This document shows, one piece after another, positions 59,504 to 64,000 of a stretch of 64,000 nt of DNA. The notes below the pieces were generated by a model. That model made no database searches. It was not told the origin of the DNA and was given only the letters and a program-made list of their open reading frames with translations. Within the stretch, counting starts at the first letter, position 1; each line of letters opens with the position of its first letter. Made by a program: the position numbers and the translations under genes. Source of the DNA: Vulcanimicrobiota bacterium (lineage in GTDB: Bacteria > Vulcanimicrobiota > Vulcanimicrobiia > Vulcanimicrobiales > Vulcanimicrobiaceae); the NCBI GenBank assembly GCA_963812155.1, contig CAWETW010000001.1, positions 512,001-576,000 of the forward strand. Direction: 5' to 3'.

Positions 59504-60212
59504 ATGGCCTTCAATCCGCTTTCATCGTTCGATCAGACCGCATCCGTCAATCCGAAAGTGCTGGCCAAGAGCAAGACGCTGTACGCCGGCTCTGCCTTCG
59601 CTTCCGGCCGCGTCGATTACGCGGGGCTATTTTCACTGGGCGGTCGCGCCGTTCGGCTGCATCTTCACCGAGTACAACGGAATGGCCGACTACGAAAACG
59701 GCGATTGGGTAATCAAGATTACGCACAGTCCGGCCGACAACGCACTCGGCGTCAACGGCAACTCGCCCGCGGCGCACACCTGGCACCGCTACGACGGCGG
59801 TATCGGCGTTGCGCTCGGAGGCATGGCCGGCGCGACCGAGAAGGATTTTGGACCCGATTCCGTTACGATGGCGGGGCTCGAGCATCTGTGCGCCGCAATG
59901 GCGGCATTCGCGCTCAAGTACGATCTCGACAGCTCGGGAACCGTGACGTCGGGAACCACGCACATCGGCGACGTGGGAAGCGTCAATACTACCGGCGAGT
60001 TTGTGTTGCTCACGCACGCCGAGGCTGCAACCATCGACGGGTATCTCTGCGGGTTTACCAGCGATCCCGATTGCCGTTGGGATCTCGGTTCGTTTCAGCC
60101 GCTTCCAAGCGGCGTGTCGCTCACGACCGCAATGGTAAAAACCTGCGGCGCGGCGTTGCGAGCTCGCACGCATCTGTACAAACAAGCGCTCGAGGGAAAA
60201 GCAGCGAGTTAG
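59504..60212 (+). CDS. N-acetylmuramoyl-L-alanine amidase-like (Amidase_2 type; frameshift ~59613)
   Basis: ITRGYFHW, AHTWHR-GIGVAL, THAE, RWDL motifs once the two frames are joined. Confidence 0.68.
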
Positions 60213-60225
60213 TCTTGCCGAAGGA

Positions 60226-60245
60226 GCCGGCGGCAACTCGCCGGC
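60226..60245. terminator. GC hairpin between convergent amidase and cupin genes
   Basis: GCCGGCG-GCAACT-CGCCGGC; no U-tract. Confidence 0.3.
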
Positions 60246-60320
60246 ATGGCCGCCGATCGTTTCCGGAGCAACCAGCGAGCATCGCGGCCGTCAGTCGTTG
60301 ACGGCTTGAGTAAACTGATT

Positions 60321-60788
60321 TCACTTAACGAAGTTCACCCTAAATGGCCCGAGGCCGCTGACCTGAAAGATGGTCGGCCCCCGCGCCGTTACCCAATGTC
60401 GGACCATCGCAGGAATAACGATATACGAGCCCGGCCCCAGAGCGGTGGTCTTTACGGGGTCCATTTTATCACCAGCACCAAACAACACGACGCCGGTTAA
60501 TACAGTAAGGCGCTCAGTATCCGGATGCCAGTGCAACGGTATCGTGTACGCGTCCGGCAGTTTGAGTCGCAACGTGTAAGATGAACCCACCTTTTTCGGA
60601 TCGCCATCCATCACTCCCACCTGCACTCTGGGGAGCTTTGACGACGGGATCCATCTGATCTCTTGCGGAGTTATTAACGTCACGGCGCTTTTTGTGCCCG
60701 AGGACGCGTCCGCCCTGACTAAAACCGATGTGACGAGGGATAGAACGAACACCGAAGGGAGCAAAAATCTCGCTGTATGATTCTTCAT
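60321..60788 (-). CDS. Exported cupin-domain protein
   Basis: Signal peptide, GDP, LHWHPDTE, PGSY...HW. Confidence 0.85.
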   Translation of the reverse strand: MKNHTARFLLPSVFVLSLVTSVLVRADASSGTKSAVTLITPQEIRWIPSSKLPRVQVGVMDGDPKKVGSSYTLRLKLPDAYTIPLHWHPDTERLTVLTGVVLFGAGDKMDPVKTTALGPGSYIVIPAMVRHWVTARGPTIFQVSGLGPFRVNFVK

Positions 60789-61594
60789 TAGATCGCCCTC
60801 TTGCTATAGCATGGTGCGCATCACCGCATGCCGCGTTTGTACGGGAAGTACAACGCGTTCAGAACCACTATAGCTCTAACGGCGGCCGTAGCAAAGCCCG
60901 TTATCGCTCGTGTGCGAGGGCGCAGATGCCGGCTCTAGTCCAGGCGAACGGAATGCCCAAACCCTTAAGAGCCAAAACATTACTCGCAATGGCCGATAGC
61001 GCCGACATTTTTGCGTTTTCGTGGCGCCAACGGGAATCGAATCCGAGCGCGACGATCAAGAACCTGATTTTCGCTCATCACGCCAGAATCCGGTTTTCTT
61101 AAACGTTTCTTCGACAAACCCAAGACTCTTTGCAGCTTGCAACTCCGCGATGTTCATTAACGACGCTCGGTATCATCCGGTCGTCGTCCGTCGATCGTTC
61201 CTTTTTGGTGTAAATCGCAAGGGAACGATCGAATTCTTCTGCGACTTGGCATATTCGCGATTCGACAGGAGCCGCTGCGCATATGCGTCTTGGCGTCGGT
61301 GCGTTACACGTCGAAGATTCGGGCCGGTCGGGCCCTGGTGGCACTGACGCCGCCACGGCATACCTCGCGCTGCAAACCCTTAACGGGAGCAGCGCGAGGG
61401 CCGCATCTTCGTTGACGTTCGAGCAAGCGGCAGGCGCTTCGCCGTGTTTGCAGCCAAGCGACCGACACTAATCGCGCAGTCCGACGTTTGCTTTATTCAG
61501 CGCAAGCCGTTGCCGTCGCGTTCGATCGGCATGACAGCCGCACGGCATAGTGCTACAGTGATTGGGCTCCACGTCACGCGCGAAAGGAATCGAC

Positions 61595-64000
61595 GTGTCC
61601 TTGCATTCCATCGCCCGGCATATTCCAGCCGACGCCAGTGCGTCGTTGACGCGGACGCTCGCACGCGACTTACCGATCGAGGCGGATCCAACCAGCGCCC
61701 GTGAGCGGTTCGCGCGATTTGAACCGTTGAAAGCGCCGCCACCGAGCAACGGCCGCGATCTAGGATACATGCGCACGCAGCCCATCGTGGGAGCGTTCGA
61801 GGTGCTCACAGTGCCGCCGTGGGCCCGCGGAATGCGCGTCGCCCACACCGCGGGACCCTTCATCGACGAGCATGGCGTGGCGTCGTGGATCGATACAATC
61901 GACCCGCCGCCACATCAGATCGCCGTCGTCCGTGCTCCCGGCGGTGCTGCGGTGCTTTATCTCCATCCGACATCCATCAGCGTCGCCAACGAGCCCGGGG
62001 AAAGCACGGTGACGCTTGGGCCCGGCAGCGTGTGGATTCCGGCACCGTTGCTCGCGCCCGCTGCGCCCGCCGACGGCTTTGCTGGAATCGCGTTTTCTTC
62101 CGCGACGCTTCTCGTACCGGACGGCATAACCGTCAGTCCGGGCGGCGATACGTTCACCGTCGAAAGCGGCGTCACGCTACAGCTCTCCTTGGTGCCGGCG
62201 GTAGCTGCGCCACCGTCGCCGGGTACGGTCAACGATGCGGCGGCCGCTGTTGCAGCGCTGCCCGCTGATTTCGGGGTAGCGTTTGCGCCGAGCGGCGCGG
62301 TCGTCACCACTATGTCCGATTCGCAGCTCACCGCGTACGGTGAACAAGCCTCGTTCGCCGGCGGTGCGGCCAGCATTACCTACGATACCGACCTTTACGA
62401 AATCGCAGTGCGGTTCGCGACCGTAACTTCGCCGATGACTTTCAGCGTGACCGCGAGTACCTCGCCGTCGTTCACGTTGCGCGGCACCGCTTCGGTCGTT
62501 GCAGGATATTATCGACTCCGCGTGGCGCAGACGACCCCTGATACGCTCGCTGACGCGTCCAGCGGCGGGGCCTTAGGCCTCGCACTCGACGCGGGAATGC
62601 GCGGTCGTTGGGGCCGACTCGACGCGCCCATCCCCTTTGCAACGACGCTGCTGCGCGTGCAAACCGGCGTACTCGGCGTAGCCGCTCGCACCGCGAACCG
62701 GCCTTTCACCGACCGCTATGAATTATGGGATGCGCGCTCTCCATCCGTTCCCCCGCCCGCTACCAGTATTTCCTTGACTGGAGCGCGTGGAACGCTCGTG
62801 CTCGAAAGCGAAACTTCCGGCGGCGAGGTTACCGCCGCCATCGGCTGCCGTGTCGCTGCCAACATCGATCGTCCCGTGCTGGCAAGTGGGGATGCGCCAT
62901 CCCTTTCAGCCATCGTCGCACTCTACGCGCTCGGCCACGCAACCGATACGACGCTGGTGGTCGAAGGCACGCAAGCGCCGTCCTTCGCTTTCGGGTTAGC
63001 TCCAGACCAGAGATCCTCGTACGTCATTGAAAACGCGGTATTGCGAACGACGGCCGTCGACTCGCTTCTCGTCTTTGCGAAGGTTACGGCCGGCCGCGGC
63101 ATGCAGGGCGCCTTGTATCTCGGCAGCCGAGCGGATCGGGTCATTCCGATCCTGCCTGACCCTTATGCGTCCAACGTGACGCCCGACGGCGAAACTTCGG
63201 AACAGCGGCTGATCGCGGCAACGGCGTGGAAAGAGCCGTCAGCACCGCAAGTTGGTTTTGAATTTTCCCAGCCATCAATCGCGAACGTTGATATGGCGCC
63301 GGTCGGCCATGCGTCACGTCTGGCCTTCGCGTTACGCGACGGAATCTTCGAACGTCTGGATGCCCTCTACGATGTCTCCAGTTCCCAAAACCAGTTCGGT
63401 GTGGTGGTGGATCACCAGGCCCTCGTACAGGGAAAAATCGTTGATCAGCAACTTTCAGTGTCGGGCCAGAATGGGGCGCTGTTCAGCGTCCCGGGCATCG
63501 CGTGGGAGCCGGTGCTCGACCCCGGGTCGGAATTATTTCGGCATCTCACAAGACGACGGGCCGCCTGAGATTCTTGGTGTGCTCACTACAGCCTTACGGC
63601 CTTTTGAGCCCGGCGCGTTCTACGACCTTATGCTAGCGGACTATAGCAACGGTGCAGATCTCGTAGCATTTCTCACGTTGCCGTTCGGCTTGATCGCCGG
63701 CATCGATACACGCTCCAACGTCAACACACAGCCGCCGATCGCGCGGCCCGACTTGCTTGCCATCGAGCCGGTATTCGCCGATCGCGTCGGCGGCAAACAG
63801 CTGAGCATTCAAGGACGCTACGATGTAGCCAACGACCGGACGGTGCTCCCTGGATCGTCCAAGGCCGACTCCGATTACGTCAAGCGCATGCTCAGCGACG
63901 ATGCCCCCAACTTCGTCGTCGCGACGATGTGGAACGAAGACTTTGGGGGCGTCCCGGTTCCCGGAACCGTTGCGACCCATTTCGTGCCGGTATCTCGCTA
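61595..64000 (+). CDS. Very large hypothetical beta-rich protein (frameshift ~63535; runs off window)
   Basis: AAAGGA RBS then GTG 61595; after the shift an open frame FGISQDDGPP...FLTLPFG...FVPVSR continues to 64000. Confidence 0.75.

Noticed and set aside
60885..60960. Weak resemblance to a c-di-GMP-I riboswitch (GCAAA...GGGCGCA) or a tRNA T-arm
   Set aside because: No GNRA loop/receptor and no cloverleaf; would need an Infernal hit
61099..61356. Short ORF with ESRICQVAEEFD, reminiscent of an HD-GYP C-terminus
   Set aside because: No HD or GYP motif and no RBS; too short to support

Overview
GC-rich bacterial chromosome window, mostly core genes. It combines Firmicutes-like gene content (FakA/DegV, PIN-TRAM, PASTA) with outer-membrane proteins (TolC, TonB-dependent-type barrel) and a beta-propeller lipoprotein, which suggests Eremiobacterota/Vulcanimicrobiota (inference only). 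In order: ispDF, hemW, fakA-plsX-degV, rpmB, thiL, rpe, yebC, a double GT-C glycosyltransferase, ispH-plsC-cmk, radA, ftcd, an M16 peptidase, an aldehyde dehydrogenase, an AAC(6')-like GNAT, dapD, the pentose-phosphate operon (tkt, tal-pgi, zwf, opcA, pgl), a 7-gene efflux operon with twin TolC genes, hutU-hutI-hutF-like genes and a large OM receptor. From ~56.3 kb an accessory block holds an alpha/beta hydrolase coupled to a membrane TPR protein, a phage-type amidase, a cupin and a very large unknown ORF that runs off the window. Many genes carry small frameshifts, densest at 23.4-33.5 kb, most likely long-read indel errors. Main non-coding signal: four copies of a REP-like palindrome (TGTCATCCTGAGCG...GTCGAAGGA), two self-nested and one with tandem amplification. 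Several genes appear to need CTG/ATA starts. No tRNA, rRNA, CRISPR array, integrase or transposase was recognised.
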